A stretch of 64,000 bases of DNA from Mobula hypostoma (GCF_963921235.1 NC_086097.1:233556001-233620000), one strand, 5' to 3'. Numbered from the stretch's first letter, positions 50,270-63,775 are shown. Made by a program: numbers and translations. Notes: generated by a model not told the origin, from the sequence alone.

Positions 50270-53200
50270 AGTGGGTGAAAGTCAGGAGAGGGAAGAGCAA
50301 GAGTCAGATACCTGTGCCTAAAGCCTGAACAGTAAGTACTCCTGTTTGAGTACTGTTGGGGGGTATGGCCTACCTGGGGGAAGCAACAGTGGCTGTGCTT
50401 CTGGCACAGAGTCTGACCCTGTGGCTCAGAAGGGTAGGGAAAGGAAGAGGGTAGAGGTAATAGAGTACTCTATAGTTAGGGGTCGGACAGGTGATTCTGT
50501 GGATGCAGGAAAGAAACACGGATGGTTGTTTGCCTCCCCGATGCCAGGGTCCACGATGTTTCTGACCACGTCCATGATATCCTGAAGTGGGAAAATGAAC
50601 AGCCAGAGGTCATGGCACACTTTGGTACCAACGATAAAGGTAGGAAAAGGGAAGAGGTCCTGAAAACAGGCTACAGGGAGTTAGGAAGGAAGTTGAGAAG
50701 CAGGACCTCAAAGGTAGTAATCTCAGAATTTACTGCCTATGCCATGTGACAGTGAGTATAGGGATAGAGTGAGGTGGAGGATAAATGCATATCAAAGAGA
50801 TTGGAGCAGGGGGCAGGGATTCAAATTCCTGGATCATTGGGACCTCTTTTGGGGTAGGCGTGGCCTGTACAAAAAAGATGGGTTGCACTTGAATCCGAGG
50901 GGGACCAATATCCTGGCAGGATGGTTTGCTAAGGCTATTGGGGAGAGTTTAAACTAGAATTGCTGACAGGTGGGAACCAAACTGAAGAAACAAAGGAAGG
51001 GGCAGTTTTCTCATACATAGAGAAAACTTGGAGACAGTGCGAGAGGGAGGATAGGGAAGGGATATGCTCAGACCGATGGTTTGAGATGTGTCTATTTTAA
51101 TGCAAGGAGTATCATGAACAAAGCGAATGAGCTTAGAGCCTGGATTAGTACTTGGAGCTATGATATTGTGGCCATTATAGAGACTTAGATGGCTCAGGGG
51201 CAGGAATGGTTACTTAGAGTGCCAGGCTTTAGATATTTCAGAGAGGACAGGGAGGGAGGTAAAAAAGGTGGGGGCGTGGCACTGCTGATCAGAGATAGTG
51301 TCACATTTGCAGAAAAGGAGGAAGTCATGGAGTCTCTCTGGGTGGAAGTTAGAAACAGGAAGATGTTAATAACTCTACTGGGTGTTTTTTATACACCACG
51401 CAATAGTAACAGGGACATCGAAGAGCATATAGGGAGACAGATTCTGGAAAGGTGTAATAATAACAGGGTTGTCATGGTGGGAACTTTTAATTTCCCAAAT
51501 ATTGATTGGCATCTCCCTAGAGCAAGGGGTTTACATGGGGTGGAGTTTGTTAGGTGTGCTCAGGAAGGGTTCCTGACACTATATGCAGATAAGCCTAAAA
51601 GAGGAGGAGGCTATACTTGATCTAGTATTGGGAAATGAACCTGGTCAGGTGTCAAGTCTCTCACTGGAGAGCATTTTGGAGGTAGTGATCACAATTCTAT
51701 CTCCTTTACCATAGTGTTGGAGAGGGATAGGAACCGACAAGTTAGGAAAGCATTTGACCAGATGCTTTCGGACCAGGTGGAATGCACCCGCGTGTTCTGA
51801 TGGAAGTAGCTGTGGAGATTGCGGAGGCATTAGCTATGATCTTTCAAAAATCGATAGATTCTGGCATGGTTCTGGAGGACTGGAAGATTGCAAATGTCAC
51901 TCCGCTATTTAAGAAGGGGGCAAGGAAGCAAAATGGAAATTATAGACCTGTTAGCTTGACATCGGTGGTTGGGAAGTTGTTGGAGTCGATTGTCAAGGAT
52001 GAGGTTACAGAGTACCTGGAGGCATATGACAAGATAGGCAGAACTCAGCATGGATTCCTTAAAGGAAAATCCTGCCTGACAAACCTATTACAATTTTTTG
52101 AGGAAATTACCAGTAGGCTAGACAAGGGAGATGCAGTGGATGTTGTATATTTGGATTTTCAGAAGGCCTTTGACAAGGTGCCACACATGAGGCTGCTTAA
52201 CAAGATAAGAGCCCATAGAATTACAGGAAAGTTACATACATGGATAGGGCATTGGCTGATTGGCAGGAAACAGAGAGTGGGAATAAAGGGATCCTATTCT
52301 GGTTGGCTGCCGGTTACCAGTGGTTTTCCACAGGGATCAGTGTTGGGGCCGCTTCTTTTTACATTGTACATCAACAATTTGGATTATGGAATAGATGGCT
52401 TTGTGGCTAAGTTTGCTGACGATACGAAGATAGGTGGAGGGGCCGGTAGTGTTCAGGAAACGGAAAGTCTGCAGAGAGACTTGGATAGATTGGAAGAATG
52501 GGCAGAGAAGTGGCAAATGAAGTACAATGTTGGAAAGTGTATGGTTATGCACTTTGGCAGAAAAAATAAACGGGCAGATTATTATTTAAATGGAGAAAGA
52601 ATTCAAAGTTCGGAGATGCAACGGGACTTGGGAGTCCTCGCACAGGATACCCTTAAAGTTAACCTCCAGGTTGAGTCAGTAGTGAAGAAGGCGAATGCAA
52701 TGTTGGCATTCATTTCTGGAGGAATAGAGTATAGGAGCAGGGATGTGATGTTGAGGCTCTATAAGGCGCTGGTGAGACCTCAAGGAGTACTGTGGGCAGT
52801 TTTGGTCTCCTTATTTAAGAAAGGATGTGCTGATGTTGGAGAGGGTACAGAGAAGATCCACTAGAATGATTCCGGGAATGAGAGGGTTAACATATGAGGA
52901 ACGCTTGTCCGGTCTTGGACTGTATTCCTTGGAGTTTAGAAGAATGAGGGGAGAACTCATAGAAACATTTTGAATGTTGAAAGGCATGGACAGAATGGAT
53001 TTGGCAAAGTTGTTTCCCATGATGGGGGAGTCTAGTACGAGAGGGCATGACTTAAGGATTGAAGGGCGCCCATTCAGAACAGAAATGCGAAGAAATTTTT
53101 TTAGTCAGAGGATGGTGAATCTATGGAATTTGTTGCCACGGGTAGCAGTGGAGGCCAAGTCATTGGGTGTATTTAAGGCAGAGATTGCTAGGTATCTGAG

Positions 53201-53455
53201 TAGCCAGGGCATCAAAGGTTATGGTGAGAAGGCGGGGGAGTGGGACTAAATGGGAGAATGGATCAGCTCATGATAAAATGGCGGAGCAGACTCGATGGGC
53301 TGAATGGCCGACTTCTGCTCCTTTGTCTTATGGTCTTATGGTCCAATTGGAGTAAGGGGAAATATGAAGCTATCAGGCCGGAACTTGGAAACATAAATTG
53401 GGAACAGACGTTCTCAGGGAAATGTACGGCAGAAATGTGGCAAAAGTTCAGGGTT
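50270..53455 (+). mobile_element. CR1 with ORF1 SGNH-esterase region and ORF2 EN (50270-51755, resuming 53345-53455), split by a family B insertion
   Basis: VCLPDARVHDV..HFGTND..DGLHLNPRG; YFNARSI; FREDREGGKKGGGVAL; GTFNFP. Confidence 0.9.
51756..53343 (+). mobile_element. CR1 family B, 1.6-kb RT and 3' UTR, inverted relative to 40882-42462
   Basis: YRPVSLTS..FADD; tail TCTTATGGTCTTATGG; frameshift near 52782. Confidence 0.96.
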
Positions 53456-53477
53456 CGCGTAGTGTTCCGTAAAAATG

Positions 53478-54585
53478 GGGGAGATTTCACGTACATCTGC
53501 TCTCACTCCATCCTCCCACCACCCCACTAGGAATAGGGTTCCCCTGGTCCTCACCTAACACCCCACCAGCCTCCGGGTCCAACATATTAATTTCCGTAAC
53601 TTCCGCCACCTCCAACGGGATCCCACCACTAAGCACATCTTTCCCTCCCCCCCTCTCTCTGCATTCCGCAGGGATCGCTCCCTGCACAACTCTCTTGTCC
53701 ATTCGTCCTCCCCATCCCTCCCCACTGATCTGCCTCCTGGCACTTATCCGTGTAAGCGGAACAAGTGCTACACATGCCCTTACACTTCCTCCCTTACCAC
53801 CATTCAGGGCCCCAAACAGTCCTTCCAGGTGAGGCATCACTTCACCTGTGAGTCGACTGGGGTGATATACTGCGTCCGGTGCTCCCGATGTGGCCTTTTA
53901 TATATTGGCGAGACCCGACGCAGATTGGGAGACCGCTTTGCTGAACATCTACGCTCTGTCTGCCAGAGAAAGCAGGATCTCCCAGTGTCCACACATTTTA
54001 ATTCCACATCCCATTTCCATTCTGACATGTCTATCCACGGCCTCCACTACTGTAAAGATGAAGCCACACTCAGGTTGGAGGAACAACACCTTATATTCCG
54101 TCTGGGTAGCCTCCAACCTGATGGCATGAACATCGACTTCTGTAACTTCCGCTAAGGCCCCACCTCCCCCTCGTACCCCATCTGTTACTCATTTTTATGC
54201 ACACATTCTTTCTCTCACTCTCCTTTTTCTCCCTCTGTCCCTCTGAATATACCTCTTGCCCATCCTCTGGGTCACCCCCCACCTTGTCTTTCTTACCGGA
54301 CCTCCTGTCCCATGATCCTCTCGTATCCCCTTTTGCCTATCACCTGTCCAGCTCTCGGCTCTATCCCTCCCCCTCCTGTCTTCTCCTATCATTTTGGATC
54401 TCCCCCTCCCCCTCCAACTTTCAAATCCCTTACTCACTCTTCCTTCAGTTAGTCCTGACGAAGGGTCTTGGCCTGAAACGTCGACTGCACCTCTTCCTAC
54501 AGATGCTGCTTGGCCTGCTGCGTTCACCAGCAACTTTGATGTATGTTGCTTGAATTTCCAGCATCTGCGGAATTCCTGTTGTTTA
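53478..54585 (+). mobile_element. Penelope-like element 3' part with GIY-YIG endonuclease and hammerhead
   Basis: FTCESTGVIYCVRCSRCGLLYIGETRRRLGDRFAEH..RLEEQHLIFRLGSLQPDGMN (53829-54155); upstream CxRxKCxTC. Confidence 0.93.
54451..54486 (+). ncRNA. Penelope minimal type I hammerhead motif
   Basis: AGTC-CTGACGA-AGGGTCTTGGCCT-GAAA-CGTC-GACT; stem I AGUC/GACU; stem III reduced to palindromic ACGU. Confidence 0.85.
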
Positions 54586-55799
54586 CTCATTACTGTCATT
54601 TTAAAAATAAATTTCATTGATCAAAACTCCAGAATATTTAATGAACTATTTATTTCTGAGTTATCCACCCATGCAATAGTCAATATGACTAAATTGAAAA
54701 GAAATTGAGATTCAATCTCAATTTCAACATTGGTCTTTGACATTTATTCTAAATGGGAACATTTGTACTCTGAATTGATGTATAACAGCCAGCCTGCTTT
54801 GCATTGAACATTAGTAGCTGCCATAGCTGTCGACAGTTGAATCTCACAGGAGTTAACATGTACAAACCATGAGTGTCTAATTGATGTCCTCCTCAATGCA
54901 CAGTTTCCATGATGCCTCAGCCATGGAAAAGGTGGGAAAATTGAAGGTTCACACTACACCCCTTCATCACAATTTCTGAAAATGTGCTTCTCAGAAACAG
55001 ATCAACAACTAGCTTTATTCAGAGAAGAATAACAGGTCTAAGGTACCTGCAGTATCATCAAATTTATAGCAGTATTTACAGACGAAAATGATTCATGACT
55101 GTCCCCATTTTACCTAGCTAGTTAAGTCGTATTCATTCTTGTCTTTGTCATTATTGTCAAATAAATAGGTTCTGATTTTTGGTCATGCAATTCAGACCCC
55201 CTATACTTCGGGACATTGCAATGCTTATATTTTCATGATTTTCTTACAGCCGCATCCAATTGCAGGACTTACGGGAGTACATGCAAGAACTCTAAGCCAA
55301 AATTGGATGAATATATTTTTCAAATCCCAATGATTAAAACAGAGGACTTAATTCTTGGGATGGTCTGTATATGACCAACACTCAATCCTGTCCAAAATGC
55401 TTTTTATCAAGAACTGAGCTCGTTTTACCTGACTCAACCTTTAATCCCTGCTTTGTCCTGCATAGCCTCTTTTCTCTTCCCCTCACGAACTCAATCTCCA
55501 TCCCTCGCATTGCATTAACACAACCCTTGCTCTGCATTTGGCCTGATAAAATGGAGGATAGATGAACTGATCGGAAGGTAACTGACATGGAATAGAACAC
55601 AGTAGCCTATGACTTCTACTGACATTGAAGACAAAATGCTGTGTAGGAGTTCTGGGATATTCTGGGAAAACCAACACTGAGATTTGCTTCCAAAGCAGAT
55701 GGTATAGAGGTCTGAGCAGAAATCTTACTCGTGATCTCTCCAATTAGAAATTGTAATGCTGAATTCACCAAAAAAAAGACAAAATAAATCCTGCACAAG

Positions 55800-56122
55800 G
55801 ATTTCCAAGACCCTTTGCACTTTCAATTTCTGAATTTGTTCCCTATTTAGAAAATAGTCTTTATTCCTTCTACCAAAGTGCATGACTATGCACTTCGTAC
55901 ATTATATTCCACCTGCTTTTCCTTGCCCATTCTCCCAATCTGTCCATGTCCTTCTAATTCACTGCTTCCTCAAGACTACCAGCTCCTCCACCTATCTTTG
56001 TATCATATGCAAACCTGGCCACAAAGCTATCAATTCCGTCATTCCAATCGTTGACATATAACATGAAAAGAAACGGTCCTAATACCGACCCCTGTGGAAC
56101 ACTACTAGTCACTGGCAGCCAA
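55800..56122 (-). mobile_element. Older CR1 RT fragment
   Basis: WLPVTSSVPQGSVLGP..FAYDTKIGGG. Confidence 0.88.
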
Positions 56123-58261
56123 ACAATAAAAGTTAAATAATCTTGAATTATCAACAGATGATTTTTGAACTTTAGTCTAAGTGAATCAGTTACTCTACTT
56201 CATTCTACTGATTGAGATAAAATGCAATCTTTCAATAGCTACATTTACCTTAATAAGTGTTTCTGAAGCCTAGAAGGTATAATAATTGTGATTACATATT
56301 CTCACAATGTTATTATTAAATGGAATAAGAAATAATAAAAACTAATGATTGAAGAATCACAAGTAAATTATTTTATTGTGAATAATGGTATTGAAAAGAA
56401 CTGCACTAATTAAAGCTAAGACTTAAGTACTCATTAATAGGTATGCAACAATTGAAATCTTGAATCCAAATGTCTAAACAGATGATGAAGGATCATTTAA
56501 TTTCATGCTCATTGTGAGAATAAATTCAATGGGATTTGATTACTAATCAGTTGCTCCATGCTGATCTTATCTGAGCTCTTCAAAGTTTAGCCAACTTGAC
56601 TGTCAAAATGATGATTTAGGACAGCAAACTGGATAGCAACAGTATCAATGTGGAATTGGGAGGATCTCCCCTATACCATGTGATTTCACATTACTTCCAG
56701 TTTCTTGTGAGGCTGCTGGGAAAATCTCCTCTGGCAAAGGTAATTGTCTCTATCCCACAGTTATTAATTCAGAAGGTAATCAAGACACAGTTGATTGGAT
56801 GGGTAGGAAAGTGTATGGTTTATTGGCTTTCATTAGTTAGGGGATTGCGTTCAAGAGCTGAGAGGTGATGTTGCAGCTCTATAAAACTCAGGTCGGACCA
56901 CACATGGAGTATTGTGTTAACTTCTGGTCCCCTCATATAGTTAGAATCTGAAGCTTTAGAAAGGGTGCATAAAAGACTTATCAAGATGCTGCCTGAATTA
57001 GATGGCATGTCTTATGAGGATAGGCTAAGTGAGTCATTGTCATAGAAAAGTATAGCACATAAACAGACACTTTAGCCGATCTAATCCATGCTGAACCATC
57101 TAAGCTACCTAATCCCATTGACATGCACCCAGACCATATCCCTCCATATTCCTGCTCTCTATGTATGATCTACATCCATTTATGAGACCTTAGTTAAGCA
57201 CATAGATGAAACAACAATGGAGGGCTATGTGGGATGGAAGCATTAGATTGATCTCGGAGTAGGTTAAAATGTTGGCACAACATCATAAGCTTAGGGCCGG
57301 TACTGTGCTGTACTATTCTATGTTTATGTTCCAACTCATCCCCATGAAGGTCAACATGTATCCTGCGGCATTTGATTTTGATGGCTAGAAGTTGCATACT
57401 TGTGTATTCTGCTCCGGTAAGTTGGCGGTGCACTCAGTTGCTGTGGCCTCTCTGGGTCCAAGCAAAGGTGTAATTGTTCATCCTTTACATCTTTTTTTTA
57501 CGATTGCAAGACATTGCTGGATATTAAGAATATCAAGTACTGTAGGTCTACTCCACTAGTGAGATGCTCAATAGTGATGGAGCTGGAGTTTCTGCTGACT
57601 ACAGCCACACAAGGAGGAAGGCGTCAAAGGCTCCAGGATGACATCCCATGCACCATCAGTCTACAGACCGTAACACTCAGAGACCTGGGCTATATTATTT
57701 TTTTGTGTCATTGTATGTTTTTCCCCTATTATAATTATATGTGCTGTGTGCCATGTGTGACTGTTGGTATGGTGTGTTGCACCTTGGACCCAGAGGAATA
57801 TTGCTTCATTTGGCTGTATTAATGTGCATGGTTGACTGACAATTACATTTGAACTTGAACATGTGTTTAGTTGCATCAGTGACTATCAAAGAAATAAAAA
57901 AAGAAAATGTTGTTAATTTTCAACCAGCCTGGCATATTTATGGAGAGAAGAAGAGTTTGCATTAAAAGTTAGAGATCTTTTAACAGAACTGGAAAAGTGA
58001 GAAGACAAGCATGCTGGAGAAACTGAGCAGGCCAAGACTGGCCCGAACGTCGACGGTACTCTTTTCCATAGATGCTGCCTGACCTGCTGAGGGGGATTTG
58101 AGGGTTGATGTGCCTGTTCCAATTTTGTTTGTTTTTTGTGTGGGGAGGAGGGATTTGGGGGTTGATGACTGTGCTGCTCTTCTTTTCTTTCGTGGTTTTG
58201 TGGCTATCTGGAGAAGAAGATTTTCAGAGTTGTATACTTTGATAATGAATGAACCTTTGAA

Positions 58262-58865
58262 CCTTTTGACTCAGAGCAATCCTGTAATCATTCCTCTGCC
58301 TCCCGCGACCACCTCTTAGTTGTCTTAATCTGCGTTTTAGGCTCTGTTTGTATGCAAGTAGGAGGAGGACAGCCAAGTGGTCTGATTTGCCAAAATGCAG
58401 TCTAGGCAAGGAATGATTAGCATTCCTTATCATAGTGAAGCAGTGGTCTAGTGTGTTGGGACTTCTGGTGCTACAGATTATATGTTGGTGATAATTGGGC
58501 AGGGTTTTCTTCAAAACAGGCCTGGTTGAAATCTCCAGTGATAATTTGAAATGCATCGGGATGGGCTGTTTCTTGTCTTCAAATGACATTGTGCAGTGTC
58601 GCAAGTGCTTTCTTATAGTCAGCCGCTGTTGGTATGTAAACTGCGGTCGGCATCATAGATGAGAACTCCTGAGGCGAATGGAATGGTCTACGTTTGATTG
58701 ATAGGTGTTCCAAGTCGGGGAACATAAGTTCGACATAATCACCACATTGGAGCACCAAAGAGAATTGATCATAAAACACATGCCACCACACTCTGTTCCA
58801 CCAGGCTCCGCGGTGTGATCTATTCTGAAAATCATAAATCCTTATGGTCCGACTGCTGCATCCAG
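58262..58865 (-). mobile_element. Rex1/Babar EN fragment
   Basis: AVYIP..STRSPNTLDHCF..HFGKSDHLAVLL. Confidence 0.82.
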
Positions 58866-60615
58866 ATAACCTAGTTCCATGCTCCGGTTTCTTTCTATGT
58901 TCCAAAGACTTACCGATTGGTGGGTTAATGGTTTATTGGTCATTGTACATTGTCCTGTGATTAGGCTGGGAGGCTTGCTGGGCTGTGCGGCTGGTTTGGG
59001 TCAGAAAGGCCTGTTCCATGCTGTATTTCCAAATAAATAAAGAAACAAAATTAAAGATAATTGAGGGAAATTAGCAAGCAAAAACAAAAGATGTGAAATG
59101 CTGGGCAGAAAAGCACAACAGATTAAGCACTCAGCTACCAAATACAATCTATGTCTGATTCAACAATATTCCTTTCAAGATAATCGAGACAAAGGGGCAT
59201 GAATGTGGAGCCAGAATTCATAACCCTGTGATCGACATTCTGAGCAGATAACGGGGAAAGTGCTGACATATTTTTCAGATTCTGCTGACAGGAAGGTTCT
59301 GACAGATGATAGAAATTGGGTTTTAATGCATACCACCCTTCAAATGGATGGGTTAAAGTTCGGTCAGATACTAAACACTAGTGACCTGACACGTATTCAT
59401 TCATTTTTAGGTAAACTGGAGATGAGACTGATGACAGACAGACAAGCGGTTCCCAAGAGGCAATTTTGCATTTTAAATGTTTTAATAAGGTTGATTACCT
59501 CTAATTTAACTGGCCTTATATGTTTACCTGTGATTGACTGGGTATTTAGGACCTGGGAAACCAGCTGGCCTAATGAATGTGAGGAAAGGTTTAGGGAGAA
59601 ATCATACCTCAATTGCACTGATTATGGGCCAGGAGTACAGGAGTTTCTCCCCCAAATCCTGATTTCCAGATTCCTTTGTCCTATCACAAAGATACACCCA
59701 AGGGTTGGGTCAGACACCCATCCAGGTCTGGACCTTCAACACTCTGGGGTTATGAATTAATCCCTAGTCTTCACCAGTGTTTTGTTGTAAAGCTCGAACA
59801 TAATATCTCAACTTTAAAATACTTTGCCCCAAATTATGAAGGTAAGCACACCAAATGATTTTTCACTTTCCTGTGTGGTATGGCAATGTAGTAGTTATCG
59901 TAATTTTATTGTGATGGCGTATGATTGGGAATCAATTCCCACTGTGGTCTGTAAGGAGTTTGTACATTCTCACCATGACCATGTGGGTTTTCTCTGGGTG
60001 CTCCTGTTTCCTCCCACATTCCAAAGATATACATTGTTGCATGGCAACATTTGTGGGCTGCCCAGCACAATCCTCACAGATTTGATTTGATGCAAGCAAC
60101 ACGTTTCACTAGATGTTTCAATGTACATGTGACAAATAAATCTAATCTTTAATCTTTAATCTATTCTTAAGTATCACACCAAACCTACCCCCAATCCTGC
60201 CATCCACAACCAAACAGTAACCAAATGCATAAACCACAGAAAGGTGCAAACTGTATAATTAAAAAGCAAACTTTACTGCAAGTAGGGAAAACTTCTAGAA
60301 TTCTCATCTGAAGGCAGCATCCATTATTAAGGACCCTCAACACCAAGGTCATGCCTTGCTCTCATTGTTACCAACTGGGAGGAGGTACAGAAGCCTGGAG
60401 ACACACACTCAACAATTCAGGAACAGCTTCTTCCTTCTGCCATTCATGAACACTACCTCACTACTTTTTTTAAATTTCTATTTTTGCACTAGTTATTTAA
60501 TTTAACTATTACATATACTTATTGTAATTCACAGCTTTTTTCTATTATTATGTATTGCATTGTACTGCTGCCACAAAGACAACAAATTTCATAACATATG
60601 CCAGTGATATTAAAC

Positions 60616-60793
60616 AACAGGAATTCTGCAGGTGCTGGAAATTCAAGCAACACACATCAAAGTTGCTGGTGAACGCAGCAGGCCAGGCTGCATCTCTAGG
60701 AAGAGGTACAGTCGACGTTTCAGGCCGAGACCCTTCGTCAGGACTCAGATGCTGCCTGGCCTGCTGTGTTCACAAGCTACTTTGATGTGTGTT
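60616..60793. mobile_element. 178-bp inverted Penelope mini-insertion with 15-bp TSD, inside a Rex1 tail
   Basis: Minus arm to ~60746, plus arm 60748-60793; TSD CCAGTGATATTAAAC 60601-60615 / 60794-60808. Confidence 0.9.
60710..60745 (-). ncRNA. Penelope minimal type I hammerhead motif with intact core
   Basis: Sense AGTCCTGACGAAGGGTCTCGGCCTGAAACGTCGACT. Confidence 0.85.
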
Positions 60794-62851
60794 CCAGTGA
60801 TATTAAACCTGAATCTGATTCCAATTCTGATTCTGACTCCAGCTTCACCCACCCTCCTCTTAACTTCCCACACAATGTGTTCCTGTTGATACTTAGATCA
60901 AATCATCTGATTCTGCTATGGACAAAGCACTCTGAAAAATGTGGATAGTTACAGTCCCTGCCAGTTGAAGCAAAAAAAAGCTGTAGTTGCAGAAAATCTG
61001 AAACAAGAACAGGGTGTCAGGAACACACAATTGGTCAGTTAGCATCAATGGAAAGAGAAGAACAGTGTCAACATCACAGGTCAGTGACCTCCCATCAGAA
61101 CCTGTTTTTGTCACAGCTCCTGCAATGATTCGTTTATTGCTAATATTGTCAGTGGGGAGGGCTGACAGGAAGATGCTGCAGTCTTACTACAGCAGCACTT
61201 CCTGTGCAACAAGGTTTTGTTTGAAAAAAGAATGCATAGCTTCTGTGGAATCTATTGCCACCAACAGCAATGGAGGCCAAGTTATTGGGTATATTTAAAA
61301 TGGAACTTGATTGGATTTTGATTAGTCAGGGTGTCAAAGATTACCGGCAGAAAGCAGATGAATGGGGTTAAGAAGGATAATACTTCAGCCATGATTGAAT
61401 GACAGAACAAACCCGATGGGCTGAATGGCCTAATTCTGACCCTATGTCTTATGGCCTTATGGTCTAAAGTTCTGAATATATTCATGAAGGACCAACATAT
61501 TGATTAAATTTGGAATGAAATTCATTTTGTAAGTAGTTAAGTCAGTTGGAAATAAGCTAGAATGTTCTTAGATATATTAAATACACATTTTGAATTCAAC
61601 ATACAAGGCCAATTTGCCTGCCTAAGAGGCTGAGGGTGTTCACCATTTTGTTTTCAGTATCCGTCTGTCTCTCTCTCGCCCTGCCTGGGGAAGCTTGTAA
61701 TTCAAGGAGATGAGAAGGGTCTGGAGCTCTGCTTGTTATGCATGAAGATATGTTAGCCTGTCATCCAGAAACTGTCACTCTCCTAATACTGGGACACTAT
61801 GGCAAAAGGTGTCAATTTTAATCACGGTCACACCCCTACAGGATTGTGGGGGTCACTGCAGGTCCACAATGTTGACTGCTCACAGAACATAAGAAATGCC
61901 AATGAGTTGCTGGGTTATTATGCAGCCTTTTATGCATTTCCTTCATCTGTATAATGAGAGGGTTTACTGACAGGTTCAAGAATATTTATCCCCTATTGTG
62001 CAAGTGCCTTTTTGTGCAATTGTTTGTAACAAAAGGGATTGTCATATGACATTTTGAACTAAAGGTTTTGGATTTTTTTTAGTTTGCATTTTACTAAATC
62101 AGGACAATTAGCAGGGCAAAAGTATTTATGCTTACTTTTCTGTACATGGAAAGCAACAGCTCTTTAGTTAATTCACAAAGTATTTCTAAATTGTGCAACA
62201 GTGCTTTTTACTTACAATTAAATGTCACATTCAATTTGTAGTAAACCTGTGTTTGTGTCACATGTTAAATGAGCAGAGTAGTTGGATTTGATTTTAACTG
62301 GGCTTCGAGAATCAAAGCAAGGGTCAGATATTCCAGCTTCCCCTGGAACCTGAGAAGAATGTAATTTATTTGAAGTTCTGATGTTCCCGTTTGTTCACAC
62401 AGGCAGAAATGACATCACTGTCAGAGAATTGGTATAAGAATTCATGGGATGTCATGCTGTTTCTAGGCAAATGATCTTTGGCAAGTAAATACAGAAATGC
62501 GAGCAGGGTGGGTTTGGGTGTACCTTAAGACGGGAGCTATCGAAAGTAAAAGAAATGCAAATGTTGGAAATCCAAAACAGAAATAAAATGCCAGAAACAT
62601 TCCAGAAGGTCAGGTGGAATTTAAGGAGGGAGAGGCAGAGTTAGACTCAGATTCATATTTATTTCTTTATGACATGTACATTGAAACATACAGTGAAATA
62701 TGTCATTTGTGTTTACAACCAACACAACCTAAGGATGTATTGGGAGCCACCCACAAGTGTCGCCGCACATTCCAACACCGACACTGCAGGTCAAAAACGT
62801 TCAGCAGAACAACACAAGCTACAGCAACAAAGCAGAAACAGCAAAGCGAGC

Positions 62852-63125
62852 CCGAGATTAGGAAAAACTTCTTCACACAGAGAGTGGTGAATCTGTGGAA
62901 TTCTCTGCCACAGCAAACTGTTGAGGCCAGTTCATTGGCTATATTTAAGAGGGAGTTAGATATGGCCTTTGTGGCTACAGGGGTCAGGGGGTATGGAGGG
63001 AAGGCTGGGGCGGGGTTCTGAGTTGGATGATCAGCCATGATCATAATAAATGGCGGTGCAGGCTCGAAGGGCCGAATGGCTTACTCCTGCACCTATTTTC
63101 TATGTTTCTATGTTTCTATGTTTCT
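62852..63125 (+). mobile_element. CR1 family A 3' end
   Basis: EIRKNFFTQRVVNLWNSLP; (TTTCTATG)n tail. Confidence 0.92.
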
Positions 63126-63443
63126 TTCCTCCCTCTCACACACAGACTCTCTTCCAACCCCAGGACCTGTCATCTCCAGGCCTTACACATCCAGTGGACT
63201 TGCAGGTTCATAGACACAAGCCTCCTAGATCCCCTCTGGACTCACCAGCTTGCAGACCAAGGGCCTTGGCCTCTTGATTACCTGTTGCACCTGCAAAAAA
63301 AAAAACTTTTGTGAGTCACATACAAACACTTTCAAGTCCCTCTGCACATCAGCATGGATTTTCACCATCTAGATAATAATCTGACCTCACATTTACCAAC
63401 ATTGTGCTCCATTTGCCAGACCCTTTCCCACTCACTTAACCTA

Positions 63444-63775
63444 CAGCACCATGCAAATTTTTAGGTACAGATACACAGCTAAAGTGCCTAAGCTTTTCTG
63501 CAGTAGTACATTTGTCAGTGTGGAGAGGAGGATAAGTTTGCAAATCTGCTGGGAGAAAAGGATGGTGGAAATGGTGAGGGTGGAGCACTGTGGGAAGGAT
63601 GTGGGACAGGTGGCAGAGAAGAAGCACCAGAGGCGGGAGATAAGGCAGGTACAGACACACCCAACTCTGAGACCCCAGGCAAGGTTATTTGATTCTGAAC
63701 AATTGGTTTATTGATTATTATAGAATGTCTCTCTGGTGATTCCCTCTCCCTCTCCCTTTCCTCAATGATGATTCT
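63444..63775 (-). mobile_element. Partial second copy of the hairpin-ended Tc1-type composite element
   Basis: Hairpin 63444-63507 followed by the reverse complement of ~8750-9035. Confidence 0.7.

Noticed and set aside
59260..59760. 166-aa ORF
   Set aside because: No ATG at the annotated start, no recognisable domain or splice context; probably chance or a decayed repeat.
13135..60793. Recurring 36-bp palindromic motif resembling CRISPR repeats
   Set aside because: Dispersed on both strands with no spacer array, in eukaryotic DNA; explained as Penelope hammerheads.
61640..62560. Repeat-poor stretch with acceptor-like sites and a TGACATCA motif
   Set aside because: Short motifs are expected by chance; no coherent exon chain.
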